NCBI GenBank assembly: GCA_020054495.1
Contig: JAHWGK010000008.1
Location: forward strand, 2,883-66,882
Direction: 5' to 3'
Length of the DNA: 64,000 bases
Source of the DNA: Thermoplasmata archaeon
GTDB lineage: Archaea > Thermoplasmatota > E2 > DHVEG-1
Part shown: in pieces, positions 10,524 to 20,934 of the stretch
How the letters are laid out: each line of letters begins with the position of its first letter
Numbering within the stretch: the first letter of the stretch is position 1
Program-made: the position numbers and the translations under genes
Notes under the pieces: model-generated
What the model was told of the DNA's origin: nothing
The model's input: the letters and a program-made list of their open reading frames with translations, nothing else
Database searches by the model: none

Positions 10524-11222
10524 ATGTCAGCTAAAAAAATAACAAGTGAAAGAAAGAGATCTCGTCCTGTTGAAAAACGAAGTAAACTGATTAAGTTTAA
10601 AAAATACAAACTGTTGTTTGGCTTTATTTTATTAATAATTACAGTAGCTGCAATAGCTACAGTATATGTTTATACTGGAAACGATACAAACAATACTGAT
10701 AACAGTGACAATCCAATTAATACTGATAACAGTGACAATCCAATTGCAGTTTTTGATACAACAATGGGAACTATAAAAATTGAGCTTTATGAGGATAAAT
10801 TACCAATAACTGCAGGTAATTTTATAAAACTTGTAAATGATGGGTTTTATAATGGAATGACTTTCTATAGAATTAGCGATGACTTTATGATACAAGCAGG
10901 GAGACACTTCCCAGATGGTTCAGAAAACCAGAGCCCTTATGGAACAATAGAGTTTGAAACTCATGATGATGTGAAACATGTTGATGGTGCTATTTCGATG
11001 GCAAGCACTGCTGCAGGAACTGGTGGAAGTGGAGAATTTTTTATCTGTGATGGTGAACAGTCTTTTTTAGATGGCAACTATGCCCCTTTCGGTGTTGTTA
11101 TTGAAGGAATTGAAGTGGTTAGAGATATAGCAGCTCAACCACATGATAATAGCAATCCTGCAGGTGGGGGGGTTCCTCTAGAAGATATAATAATTAACAG
11201 CATAATTATTGAAAGTTCATAA
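10524..11222 (+). CDS. Membrane-anchored cyclophilin-type peptidyl-prolyl isomerase
   Basis: Basic N-terminus, one TM segment, PITAGNF, FYRISDDFMIQAG, GAISMA. Confidence 0.85.
   Translation: MSAKKITSERKRSRPVEKRSKLIKFKKYKLLFGFILLIITVAAIATVYVYTGNDTNNTDNSDNPINTDNSDNPIAVFDTTMGTIKIELYEDKLPITAGNFIKLVNDGFYNGMTFYRISDDFMIQAGRHFPDGSENQSPYGTIEFETHDDVKHVDGAISMASTAAGTGGSGEFFICDGEQSFLDGNYAPFGVVIEGIEVVRDIAAQPHDNSNPAGGGVPLEDIIINSIIIESS
10692..10745 (+). repeat. Perfect 27-bp tandem duplication (NTDNSDNPI x2) in PPIase linker
   Basis: aatactgataacagtgacaatccaatt occurs twice head-to-tail. Confidence 0.9.
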
Positions 11223-11237
11223 AAGGAATGATATAAA

Positions 11238-11702
11238 ATGGCAAATAAAATAGTGGAATTTAATACAAATAAAGGCAGTTTTAAAATCGAACTCTTTAAT
11301 GACAAAGCACCTCTTACAACCGGGAATTTTATGAAATTAGTAAACAAAGGATTTTACAATGGACTAATTTTTCATAGAGCAATTCCAAATTTTATGATAC
11401 AAGGTGGATGCCCGCACGGAACTGGAAAAGGAGGCCCAGGGTATACAATCAAGGATGAATTTCATCCTGATTTAAAACATGAATCTAAAGGAATACTTTC
11501 AATGGCAAACGCAGGTCCTAATACAGGAGGCAGTCAATTTTTCATAACAGTTGCACCAACTTCATGGCTTGATAAACATCATTCTATCTTTGGAAAAGTA
11601 ATTGAAGGCATGGATGTTGTAGAAAACATATCTAAAGTTGATAAAGATAGAAATGATAAACCACTTAAAGACGTTGTTATAAACAATATTACCATACGTT
11701 AA
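11238..11702 (+). CDS. Cytoplasmic cyclophilin-type peptidyl-prolyl isomerase
   Basis: [40 protein letters not shown]. Confidence 0.93.
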   Translation: MANKIVEFNTNKGSFKIELFNDKAPLTTGNFMKLVNKGFYNGLIFHRAIPNFMIQGGCPHGTGKGGPGYTIKDEFHPDLKHESKGILSMANAGPNTGGSQFFITVAPTSWLDKHHSIFGKVIEGMDVVENISKVDKDRNDKPLKDVVINNITIR

Positions 11703-11719
11703 AAATTGAAGTGAATTAT

Positions 11720-12196
11720 ATGACCATTCTTTCGGACATTGATATTAAAAATTCAATAGAAAAAAATGATCTTGGAATAGAGCCTTTTAATGATAAGAAT
11801 CTCACACCAAATGGCTATGACTTATCAATTGATGAAATATACATTAAGAAATCAGATCAACACATCAAAGATGGAATTGCTAAAATTCCACCATTGACAT
11901 GGTTTGCAATTAGTACAAAAGAATTTGTCAAAATGGGCCCGAGAATTACTTCTCAATTATGGATAAGATCGAGTTACGCACGAAAAGGTGTTATGGCAAG
12001 TTTTGGAAAGGTAGATGCCGGTTTCCATGGAACACTTACAATTAGTTGTTTTAATTCAAATGATGAACCATTAGAACTCCCAATCGGTGATAGATTTTGC
12101 CAGATTGTTTTTGAAAATATGGAATCAATTCCATCAGAGCTTTATAATGAAAAATCAGGTAACTATCAAAATCAGCGTGGATTGAAACTACGGTGA
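11720..12196 (+). CDS. dcd: dCTP deaminase
   Basis: ILSDIDI, TPNGYDL, RSSYARKG, VDAGFHG, YQNQ. Confidence 0.85.
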   Translation: MTILSDIDIKNSIEKNDLGIEPFNDKNLTPNGYDLSIDEIYIKKSDQHIKDGIAKIPPLTWFAISTKEFVKMGPRITSQLWIRSSYARKGVMASFGKVDAGFHGTLTISCFNSNDEPLELPIGDRFCQIVFENMESIPSELYNEKSGNYQNQRGLKLR

Positions 12197-12365
12197 AACT
12201 TACTGGCTTTTTTCTTATTTTTGAAATGAAATGTAGAATAACCATTAATTTGGGTTAATATACTTATAATTTGAATTTAGCTTATATTATAAAAGTTTAG
12301 TAATGGCAATAATTTAATTAAGGATTATCTTATAAGAAATATTACGTACGTGGAGGCGATATTAA

Positions 12366-14303
12366 ATGGAGAAAATAAATAAAATTAATACTTTTTTAAA
12401 AGCGAGCTTACTAGCATTTGTTCTAATTTTGACTTCCTGCACAAATTTAACACTAGCAACTTCATCAATTTCAAATGTCGAAGAAGCAGCAAGTTTTATA
12501 GTTGAGCAACTATCAATTAATGAAAATGAAGTTCTTATTTATGTTTGGGGACCTGTTTCTGAAGGTGAAGAAGTATTCAGTACTAAGAATCATATTTTGG
12601 ACTCCCCCGATAAAGGATACGTAATTTATATTGATCTTTATCCCCAAGCTAATTTATTTCACCCTGTAAAATATATTTTCTTATCAGAAACCACAAAGGA
12701 ACTTATTGTCAAAGATGCAATTAGTCCACCTAGTAACTTTGCAGATTATCAAATGATCGAAACAGCAATGAGTGAAATATTTACATCAGCTGAAAATAGA
12801 ATAGCATCTATTCCTGAAGGTAAAATCCTCTCTTCTATGAAAAGCTCATCTGATTCAAGGTGGGCTGTACTTATGAATGGTGGATATAATTCTGGTAATA
12901 ATCATGTTCGGTATTGGAATGATTTATCAAATATCTATATTACCTTAACTTATGTGTATGGCTATCAAGATGAAAACATCATTGTTCTCTGTTCTGATGG
13001 ATTAGATCCATCTCCAGATCAATCAAATGGTCAAAATTCAAATCCAGATTTAGATGGTGATGGAGATGATGATATAATGTATTCTTGCGTTCTATCAAAT
13101 GTCGACATGGTTTTTGCAGAGCTTGCTAATATTTTATCTGACGGAAGCGAGTTGTTTATTTTCCAAACTGACCATGGTAGCAACAGCGGTGGGTGGAGTA
13201 CTCTATTTAATCTTTGGAATATGGAAGAATTAACAGATACTCATTTTGCATCTCTATTAGATGCATTACCAAATTGTGAAATTGTCTGCACCTTTGAACC
13301 ATGTTTCTCAGGAGGATTTTTAGATGATGTAGTATTACCCCCAGGTCCAATTGTTGCATCTTCTGCTTGTCGTCATGATGAATATTCGTGGGCAATGCCC
13401 CCCGATTACGTCTATGACGAATATGTATTTCATTGGACTGCTGCAGTCAATGGTGAGGATGCCTATGGAGTTCCTGTAGATGCTGATTATAATCAAGATG
13501 GAATGATTACCATGGATGAAGCTTTTATTTATGCAGAAACAAATGATGCTCAGCCTGAGAGTCCACAATATGGAGATTACCCAGAAGATATTGGCACTCT
13601 AATTTCTCTTTGGCCGGGCAGCGAACCACCGGAAACGCCAACTACACCAAATGGACCAGATGAATGGATTCCATATGTTGAAGCTACGTTTTCAAGTACC
13701 ACAACAGATCCAGAAGGAGAAAGTATCTATTATATGTTTGACTGGGGCGACGGAAACATGAGTGGATGGGTCGGACCATATGCATCAGGACAAACTGGAA
13801 AGGCATCTCATGATTGGACTGAACTTGGAGAATACGAGATAAAAGTAGTTGCAAAAGATGAAAACGGTATTGAAAGTAATTGGTCAGAACCAGCAGTTCT
13901 TTCAATCGTCGCAAATAAACCACCTGAAAAACCAACAATCACTGGACCTACCTCTGGTAAAGTTGGAGTACCCCTAGACTTCAATGTTGTTGCAACAGAT
14001 CCCGAGGGACACGATGTATACTATATGGTTTTATGGGGAGACGGGAGCTATGTGGATTATACAGGGCCATATGCATCAGGCGAAGAAGCAACATTTAGTC
14101 ATACATGGACTTCAGCTGGAGAATTTAATATTGTAGTAAAAGCACAAGATCATTTCGGAGCAAAAAGCCCACAGAACAACCTCGAATTAAGTATAACCAA
14201 GAACAAAGCAGTAACTAATCTGGTATTACTTAGATATCTAGAGTATCTGACAAATAATTATCCAAATGTGTTTCCAATTCTAAGGCAGCTATTGGGATTA
14301 TAA
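12366..14303 (+). CDS. Secreted C13 (legumain/caspase-hemoglobinase fold) peptidase with two PKD domains
   Basis: Signal-like N-terminus; TDHG and EPCFSGGF His/Cys dyad; DWGDG-type PKD repeats. Confidence 0.75.
   Translation: MEKINKINTFLKASLLAFVLILTSCTNLTLATSSISNVEEAASFIVEQLSINENEVLIYVWGPVSEGEEVFSTKNHILDSPDKGYVIYIDLYPQANLFHPVKYIFLSETTKELIVKDAISPPSNFADYQMIETAMSEIFTSAENRIASIPEGKILSSMKSSSDSRWAVLMNGGYNSGNNHVRYWNDLSNIYITLTYVYGYQDENIIVLCSDGLDPSPDQSNGQNSNPDLDGDGDDDIMYSCVLSNVDMVFAELANILSDGSELFIFQTDHGSNSGGWSTLFNLWNMEELTDTHFASLLDALPNCEIVCTFEPCFSGGFLDDVVLPPGPIVASSACRHDEYSWAMPPDYVYDEYVFHWTAAVNGEDAYGVPVDADYNQDGMITMDEAFIYAETNDAQPESPQYGDYPEDIGTLISLWPGSEPPETPTTPNGPDEWIPYVEATFSSTTTDPEGESIYYMFDWGDGNMSGWVGPYASGQTGKASHDWTELGEYEIKVVAKDENGIESNWSEPAVLSIVANKPPEKPTITGPTSGKVGVPLDFNVVATDPEGHDVYYMVLWGDGSYVDYTGPYASGEEATFSHTWTSAGEFNIVVKAQDHFGAKSPQNNLELSITKNKAVTNLVLLRYLEYLTNNYPNVFPILRQLLGL
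13881..14220 (+). repeat. Shared C-terminal PKD cassette, copy A
   Basis: Near-identical DNA to copies at about 39080, 41526, 44308 and 46657 (PEKPTITGPTSGKVGV...KSPQNNL). Confidence 0.9.
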
Positions 14304-14382
14304 ATCCACATTAATATATGCAAATTCAAAGGCTATTAATCAAAGTGGTAGTTTACTACCTAGATTGTTTCAATTATTTTAA

Positions 14383-15150
14383 TTACAAAACTTTCCTTGC
14401 AAATGTTAAATATCCTGTGTGACCGAGCATGTTAAAACTGGGTCTAGTACCACGATCAGATACTACCATCTCTCGCTGAATGTTTTCAATTGTTTTTACT
14501 TCTATAAAACTGTGTTTTTCAATTTCTTTAACAGTCTTTTCCACCTGCGATATAAGCGGAGAGTAAGAACACAAGTAACCACCAGGTTTAAGCGCTTTCC
14601 ACACATGAGTAACAGCGTTCCATGGATCAGGAATATCAAGGACCACGGCATCTAATTGTTTTTCTTCTATTCCTTTTGTAATATCCTTTATTTTTGCTGT
14701 AACATAGTTGTCCAGTTTCGCTGTTTTTAGGTTTTTCATAGCATGCTCAATAAAATCCTCACGAATATCATATGAAACAATTTTTCCACTTGGCATTATA
14801 GCAGTTACAAGTGCAATGGTAAGGGAACCTGAGCCGATACCTGCCTCTAACACTTTTTGACCAGATTCAACAGAACAATTCATAATAATATGTGCAGCAT
14901 CTCTAGGAAGAATAATCTGTGCACGGCGTTTCAAACCTTGGAGTTTATCCTGTAAAGAGGGGCGAAGAACCCAAAATTGTTTATTTCCAATCTCAATTTG
15001 TTCTCCATACTTTTTTCCAACGAGAATTGATGGATCTATAACGCCAACACCTTTGATTTTATCAGTTTTACCACCTGTGTCAACTAAGAATTTTCTAAAA
15101 GCAATGTCAATGAGAACCACGGTGTCCTTTTTTTTCACTTTTATTACCAT
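14383..15150 (-). CDS. trmI: tRNA (adenine-N1)-methyltransferase
   Basis: QIILPRD, VLEAGIGSGSLT, LDIPDPW, TRPSFNMLGHTGYL. Confidence 0.92.
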   Translation of the reverse strand: MVIKVKKKDTVVLIDIAFRKFLVDTGGKTDKIKGVGVIDPSILVGKKYGEQIEIGNKQFWVLRPSLQDKLQGLKRRAQIILPRDAAHIIMNCSVESGQKVLEAGIGSGSLTIALVTAIMPSGKIVSYDIREDFIEHAMKNLKTAKLDNYVTAKIKDITKGIEEKQLDAVVLDIPDPWNAVTHVWKALKPGGYLCSYSPLISQVEKTVKEIEKHSFIEVKTIENIQREMVVSDRGTRPSFNMLGHTGYLTFARKVL

Positions 15151-15163
15151 ATTTATCTTGTCC

Positions 15164-16195
15164 TTACATGTTCACAAGAGAACCAAAACCAAGATCTTCT
15201 ATATCGAGTTGATCGAGCCATTTTTCTTTACAATTACAATCAAGCTCCTTAAACACATTTATATTTTGCGAAAGAGAAAACTCATATACTGCATCAAGAA
15301 ATCTACGATCACATAATTTACAGTTATGTGCACCTCTGATACTTCCACCACCTGCTATATCACATTTAATTCTAACACTTCCAGCAGTTTTTTTACTTTC
15401 TTTAAGTATTTTAACAACACTAAAAAGCCATGCTGGCCGGTACTGTTTTCGATTCCATAAATAATTCACTAACGTATTTCGCTGTACGTTAGTTGGATTA
15501 AATGAAACAGTATCGGTAATTGTTTTAATTTTATCAACGGTATTTATTGCATCTTCGATTGATTCTTTTTCTGTTAAAAATGGAGGTTTAATCAAAACGT
15601 ACGTTTTCAACTTAACATCTTGTTTTTTTAGTATTTTTGTAGCTTTTTTATATTCTTCAAATGTAAATCCCTTGTTTAAACAGTGTTCACGCACAAAATT
15701 ACTAGCAGATTCAAGGCCAATTCCAATTTCAAAGGTTTTAGATTTGAAATAATCTTTGATTTCTGAGAGTTTTTCATCTGTAATAAATTCTGGCCTTGAT
15801 TCTACAGATACTTTATCAGCTGTTTCTACAAGTTTACCTAGGATTTTTTTTCTAACTATAGGTTTTATTTCTTTATCATCTAAAAAACTGCCAGATGTAA
15901 AAATTTTAATAAAATTTTGCCCAGAATAATTATTCATTGCTGTATCAAACTGTGCTAACAGGTCACTATCAGATACATTCTCCCACATACTGTCGTTGAA
16001 ATATCCACACATACTGCATCCAGAGTTTAGAGCCCAAGAGCACCCCTTCGTTCTAAAAATAATTACAAAAGCATCAATTATTTTGTCATCTAAAACATCT
16101 TTTTCAGACCAACAACTCACTGGTTTTTTAGCATCTTTAGATTTTGGCGTGAAATCTTTCTTTAGATTTCTACAGAATTGTGCTATTTCGTTCAT
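15164..16195 (-). CDS. Archaeosine biosynthesis radical SAM protein (RaSEA-like)
   Basis: RTKGCSW...GCSMCGY (CX6CX2C), KIFTSGSFLD, ESRPEF, RGAHNC. Confidence 0.85.
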   Translation of the reverse strand: MNEIAQFCRNLKKDFTPKSKDAKKPVSCWSEKDVLDDKIIDAFVIIFRTKGCSWALNSGCSMCGYFNDSMWENVSDSDLLAQFDTAMNNYSGQNFIKIFTSGSFLDDKEIKPIVRKKILGKLVETADKVSVESRPEFITDEKLSEIKDYFKSKTFEIGIGLESASNFVREHCLNKGFTFEEYKKATKILKKQDVKLKTYVLIKPPFLTEKESIEDAINTVDKIKTITDTVSFNPTNVQRNTLVNYLWNRKQYRPAWLFSVVKILKESKKTAGSVRIKCDIAGGGSIRGAHNCKLCDRRFLDAVYEFSLSQNINVFKELDCNCKEKWLDQLDIEDLGFGSLVNM

Positions 16196-17361
16196 TTCTG
16201 GTTTCTTCTATCTTTCTTCCGGTATTTAAAGATTAGAACAACGACAACAAGAGAGATAAGAAATACTAATATCTCAAAACCTGGTGCCATAACATAACGT
16301 GGACCCGGAAGTTTTATTTCTGGCGAAGGCTCTGTTCCAACGTTTGGATCATCAACTACACTAAAATAATATGGGACGGTGTCAATTATTGTATTGTTAA
16401 ACTCCACAAATTTACCATCAACTATGTGATTTTCGAAATAATAGATTATTTCAGCTGATATGTTGACTGTAGCGTTCTCGTTTTCTAACCAACCATTTTT
16501 CTTTGGAGTAGATAGATAATAATCGTCTTGTTCAGATTTTGTTGCATTAATTTCCATACCATCATTAACAGAATAGTAAACTCTGCTAACATCGGTGTTT
16601 ATACCAAATTTAAGTGTAGTAGCATGTCCTATTCTGGGACCTGGCGAAACATCTGCATCTAGAGGTTCAGGACAAGTTATTGTGCTATTACTATATGCAA
16701 AAGAACCTTCTCTTACTGTAGCATGACCACTAGAGTCCTCAATTGTTATTTTAAAATTGTATGTGTCTGTATTCTCTGTTAAATTGTCTGGGCTCTGATA
16801 AGTATAGCTGAAAATATTATTATTAAAATCAAAATTGGGAGATTCTGTTGTTCCATCTGGATAAGTCAAATCAAATTTGATATTTTGTTTTTCAATCCCT
16901 ACGTTATCTGTTATCTTTCCCACAATTAATACTGTACCGCCTAACTCCTGCATACCTGGCAAAACCGCAACTTCTACACGTGGTGCTTCATCATCATAAA
17001 ACGGCGGGTTGACAAGCACTATAACCACTATTAGCCAAGAGAAGAAATAAACAGCATAAGAGCCGAACCAATTTTTCCGTCCAAAATCAGTTAGATCAAG
17101 ATTTAATCGTATGAAAATAGATTTCAAAAATGCTGCGTTAACAACTACAACAAGTAAAACCAGCTCCCATCGAAGATAATGTTTACCCATAAGAGCCCAA
17201 AAACCAAAACATACAAGGCCCATAAAACAGCCGAATAAGAATGAAATAAACGTGGATTTGATGTTTCGTCTTTCTCTTTTAAAAAATGATTCTTCATCAA
17301 ATTTTGGTAACTTAAAGGGTTTATCTTCCTCCTCGTCTTTTTCTTTCCTTCGTTTTGCCAT
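16192..17361 (-). CDS. Membrane protein: N-terminal TM helices, extracellular beta-rich region, PGF-CTERM-like C-terminus
   Basis: Three hydrophobic segments near the N-terminus; ends PGFEILVFLISLVVVVLIFKYRKKDRR. Confidence 0.7.
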   Translation of the reverse strand: MAKRRKEKDEEEDKPFKLPKFDEESFFKRERRNIKSTFISFLFGCFMGLVCFGFWALMGKHYLRWELVLLVVVVNAAFLKSIFIRLNLDLTDFGRKNWFGSYAVYFFSWLIVVIVLVNPPFYDDEAPRVEVAVLPGMQELGGTVLIVGKITDNVGIEKQNIKFDLTYPDGTTESPNFDFNNNIFSYTYQSPDNLTENTDTYNFKITIEDSSGHATVREGSFAYSNSTITCPEPLDADVSPGPRIGHATTLKFGINTDVSRVYYSVNDGMEINATKSEQDDYYLSTPKKNGWLENENATVNISAEIIYYFENHIVDGKFVEFNNTIIDTVPYYFSVVDDPNVGTEPSPEIKLPGPRYVMAPGFEILVFLISLVVVVLIFKYRKKDRRNQK

Positions 17362-17402
17362 TAGTGGGGGGATAGAATTCTTATTTAAAGGCTTTTCTCA
17401 TA

Positions 17403-17768
17403 TTATTTTTTTGCCTTTTTTGATTTCTTAGTTTCGGTTTTTGCCTTTTTCTTCTCGAGTTTTAATCGCTCTTTTTCAACCTCGGTTTTCAGTTTTTCCG
17501 TCTCCAGCTCAACTGAAGGATGAACCTTTACAACTTCTTCTGTTGTAGATAAGCCTGCGCGATATTTATATGTAAAGAACAAAGAAATTATTATGTATAT
17601 GACTAAAATAACAACCAAAATAATAATAATTGGAGTCGGAAATTCTAATTGTTCAAAAAAAATGAGTCTAATTGCAAGAAATACTGAAAGAAGAACAGTA
17701 CCCGCCCAAGCATGATGACGAAATGCTTGATATTTCCTCTTACTCTCTGGTAAACTCTTATTATTCAT
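17403..17768 (-). CDS. Small two-TM membrane protein with charged C-terminal tail
   Basis: Two hydrophobic stretches, Lys/Glu-rich tail; 4-bp overlap with serS. Confidence 0.65.
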   Translation of the reverse strand: MNNKSLPESKRKYQAFRHHAWAGTVLLSVFLAIRLIFFEQLEFPTPIIIILVVILVIYIIISLFFTYKYRAGLSTTEEVVKVHPSVELETEKLKTEVEKERLKLEKKKAKTETKKSKKAKK

Positions 17769-19261
17769 AGGAATTCAGTGCCTTCAGGCAATTCCTTCAA
17801 ATATTTTCTAAAACCAGTTGGCCATTTATCAGGATCAAGACCTTTTTGAGCTAAAAATGCTGTTGTCCAACGTTCAAGACCAATACCGGAGCATCCGCTC
17901 CAAAGCTCACTTTTTTGAGCTTTTATATTAAATGCTTTTATGTACTTATCCCCAAGGATACTTAGGTTTTGGAATTCAAGCCACTCTGATTTTTTACGAT
18001 CACCTCGATATGGCATATAGGCTTCAAAATCAATGGTTCCGGTATCCTGATTACCAGCGTCGCCAATTTTTCCTGCTTGAGCCAGATACCATGGAGTAAC
18101 CCATGCCATACGCCATTCAAGCTTAAAAATTTCGTTAAAAACATGCTTATACCTCTCAAGTAGTTTTTCACGAAGATTGAGAAGCTGCTCTTTGGTTCCA
18201 ATGTAAACTGGTTCAATACGATGAAACTCATCAACACGCTCTATACCATGTCTTCCACCTGATTCATATCTACCTGAAACAGCAGTTTTATCATATATTA
18301 ACACAGGAAGCGATTTTTCAGAAATAGTTTTTCCCGTGAAAGACCAATAAATCACAGGGCATTGAGCATAACAAATACCTGCAGTAGGAATTGAAACATT
18401 CTTCTGCAATTCATCAAAAGGAACTTCTTTTGTGATCTTTGTAAGATCAACAAATCTTTCCCATTTTTCAGTATCTCTAGTTGCAGGTTCAGTGATATAG
18501 TAAAACTCACCAGGCATTCCCTCGAGATGACCAGTCTTTAGCCATATATCAAATGGAACCATACTAGACTCAATAATTTCTTGAAAACCGAGCGGCTTTA
18601 ATACTTCATCAATTGCAATTTTTTCCATTGTTTTTAAAATAGCAGCGGCTTGAGGACGATAAAACCATTTACCCTTTGTAGGGCCTTGTTTCAACCAACT
18701 AAGTTTTACCATTTCCTCAGTTGGATCCTTTAACCATACCTGTTTTTTCTCACCAGATTCCCAGATTAATTTCCAGAATTCTCCTTTGCCTTCATAATAT
18801 TGATTTTCAACTTTTTCTTTTACAAGGGTGATCATTCTGTCTATGTAATTCCTTTGTAAAAATTCTTCATCAACATCCTTTAACATAATAGTTGCTTGTT
18901 TTTCTTCAAGTTTTACATCTGCAAAAGGTATTGTAATTTTTTTCAATGGTTTTTTAACAAGTTCAAATCCTATTTTGTATTTCTCAATATTTATTTCTCT
19001 TACGCCAAGATGATGCTTTTTACCAAACTCTTTACTTATAGCATTTTTCATTTGAAGAAGTACATTATGCGGACGGAAACTTCCTTCAGAAACAATGTCA
19101 AAAGAAAGCGAGTTTTTTTGAATTTTCAAACTTTTAATTTTGGCACTTTTGTCTTGTCTAATTAGACTTTTACTATAGCTTGAAATAAAAGCCTCAATTT
19201 CCCTTTTAATTGAAGAAACATCACCGCTGAACGTAAAATCTACCTTTAAATCAAATTTCAT
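17765..19261 (-). CDS. serS: Serine--tRNA ligase, type 2 (methanogen-type, Zn-dependent)
   Basis: YAQCP, RYESGGRHGIERVDEFHRIE, WLEFQN, LWSGCSGIGLERW; N-terminal domain unlike the standard coiled coil. Confidence 0.9.
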   Translation of the reverse strand: MKFDLKVDFTFSGDVSSIKREIEAFISSYSKSLIRQDKSAKIKSLKIQKNSLSFDIVSEGSFRPHNVLLQMKNAISKEFGKKHHLGVREINIEKYKIGFELVKKPLKKITIPFADVKLEEKQATIMLKDVDEEFLQRNYIDRMITLVKEKVENQYYEGKGEFWKLIWESGEKKQVWLKDPTEEMVKLSWLKQGPTKGKWFYRPQAAAILKTMEKIAIDEVLKPLGFQEIIESSMVPFDIWLKTGHLEGMPGEFYYITEPATRDTEKWERFVDLTKITKEVPFDELQKNVSIPTAGICYAQCPVIYWSFTGKTISEKSLPVLIYDKTAVSGRYESGGRHGIERVDEFHRIEPVYIGTKEQLLNLREKLLERYKHVFNEIFKLEWRMAWVTPWYLAQAGKIGDAGNQDTGTIDFEAYMPYRGDRKKSEWLEFQNLSILGDKYIKAFNIKAQKSELWSGCSGIGLERWTTAFLAQKGLDPDKWPTGFRKYLKELPEGTEFL

Positions 19262-19288
19262 ATTAAAACCAACATTACATATAGATTA

Positions 19289-19513
19289 TTAATCTTTATC
19301 GACCACTTTTATTGCAACAGAAACACATGCAAGATAATCGTCAAGAGTATGAAGAAGCGAAGATATAGAATTAGTTTTTATCTGTGCTTCTAATCTTTTA
19401 CCATTAACTTTTGATTTAACAAAATGAAAGTTGTCAACTGCTATAGATTTCAGAACAGTTTTTGCTTTTTCAACATCATCAAGTTCTATAACAACATCAC
19501 AGGCTACATTCAT
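19289..19513 (-). CDS. pcc1: KEOPS complex subunit Pcc1
   Basis: 74 aa, SIAVDN...SSLLHTLDDYL; usual position after the DHH gene. Confidence 0.8.
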   Translation of the reverse strand: MNVACDVVIELDDVEKAKTVLKSIAVDNFHFVKSKVNGKRLEAQIKTNSISSLLHTLDDYLACVSVAIKVVDKD

Positions 19514-19517
19514 ACTA

Positions 19518-20858
19518 TCACTTCAGTTGATTAATAATAATTGCATCAACCATATCTAAAAATTCTTCTTCTTTTTCATAACTAATTGTTGCACCGGCAG
19601 CAATACTATGTCCGCCGCCAAGGCCATCTAATTTTTCTGCAGCCTCTTTCATTGCAAGTCCCAAATCTAGACCCTTACTTACAAGATATTGATTTCCACG
19701 ACTAGAAACATGGAGCTCATTATTTTTCCTTACAAGAGATAAGAGTGGTTTTTCGCTATCTATAATAAAGTTAGTTGCAATTCCACCTATAACGCCACCA
19801 AGTGAAGAATTTTTACTATAGAAAAAACGCATGCTTTTCTTTTCTTTAAAACCATCTTTTTCAAGCTTTAAAAGTTCATCAAGAATTTTTTGTTTATACT
19901 CTTTTTCAAGTTTTAATGCGTCATTAAAAGCTTTTTCGTCACCCATACAGAAAGCAAGACCTAGTCCACGATTACCACCTTTGCCACAAGAATCTAGAAG
20001 ATCAGCCAACCGCTCAAGCTCACAATTAAAAATGTTAGATTTATAGCGAGGTCTAATAACTGTATCAAGAATGTTTTTCTCACAACCTTTTTCAATTAAT
20101 TTCAACATAAGGTAAGATTGTAACTGCTTTTTTGCTTCTAAACTAAGACTACTAAATTTTGTATCTTTTTTAAGTTTTAATTTATTTAATAATTTAAAAG
20201 TTCCTTTTTCATTTCCAGATATACCAGAATAATATGGATCAACAGAGTAATATAATCCATCAAAAAGAGAATTTCCATAGAGTTTAATATCCACACATTC
20301 CTCAATAAATCCTTTTTTTAATGCTTCACCAACAATATCTTTGTTATAACCACGGAAACCACCAATGTATTGTTTATCACCAGTGGCACCTGCAAGAGAT
20401 AAACCAACAAGATCCATATTATTTGAGCTCAGTGCTTTTGAAAGCGAAAAAGCAAGTGTAGCACCACAAGCTTCATAATTACCATTAATTCCACAAAGGT
20501 TTGCATTAATCTGAAAGACATTCTCGGCTGTTTTTTCTTTAAGATATTGATGATGGTCGATAATGATTGTCTTACAACCCATTTTTTCTATAGTTTCAAT
20601 TTGACCACTTCCCATATCTGAAAAGATAATAAGTTCATTGTCTTCCTTTGACACTCGTTCTAATCCTTTGTCAAAAGGGTTTCTCATCAAAGTTGAATGA
20701 AAATCATAACCTGCACGGTGAAGAGCTTCACAAATGATTGCAGCAGAAGTAATGCCATCTGCATCATAATGAGAGATAACTCGTATCCTTGTTGACTTTT
20801 CAAATGAAAGAATTATTTCTGCTGCTTTTTTACAAAGCTCCAAAATATTCTTGGACAT
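19518..20858 (-). CDS. RecJ-like DHH-family phosphoesterase
   Basis: SHYDADG, SDMG, IDHH, GGGHSIAAG. Confidence 0.9.
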   Translation of the reverse strand: MSKNILELCKKAAEIILSFEKSTRIRVISHYDADGITSAAIICEALHRAGYDFHSTLMRNPFDKGLERVSKEDNELIIFSDMGSGQIETIEKMGCKTIIIDHHQYLKEKTAENVFQINANLCGINGNYEACGATLAFSLSKALSSNNMDLVGLSLAGATGDKQYIGGFRGYNKDIVGEALKKGFIEECVDIKLYGNSLFDGLYYSVDPYYSGISGNEKGTFKLLNKLKLKKDTKFSSLSLEAKKQLQSYLMLKLIEKGCEKNILDTVIRPRYKSNIFNCELERLADLLDSCGKGGNRGLGLAFCMGDEKAFNDALKLEKEYKQKILDELLKLEKDGFKEKKSMRFFYSKNSSLGGVIGGIATNFIIDSEKPLLSLVRKNNELHVSSRGNQYLVSKGLDLGLAMKEAAEKLDGLGGGHSIAAGATISYEKEEEFLDMVDAIIINQLK

Positions 20859-20934
20859 AAGGAATATAAGAAATAGACACTATCTAAAAAAATTAACCCA
20901 TTAAAAAAAGAAAAAAAAGAGAAGCGTTTGGTTA

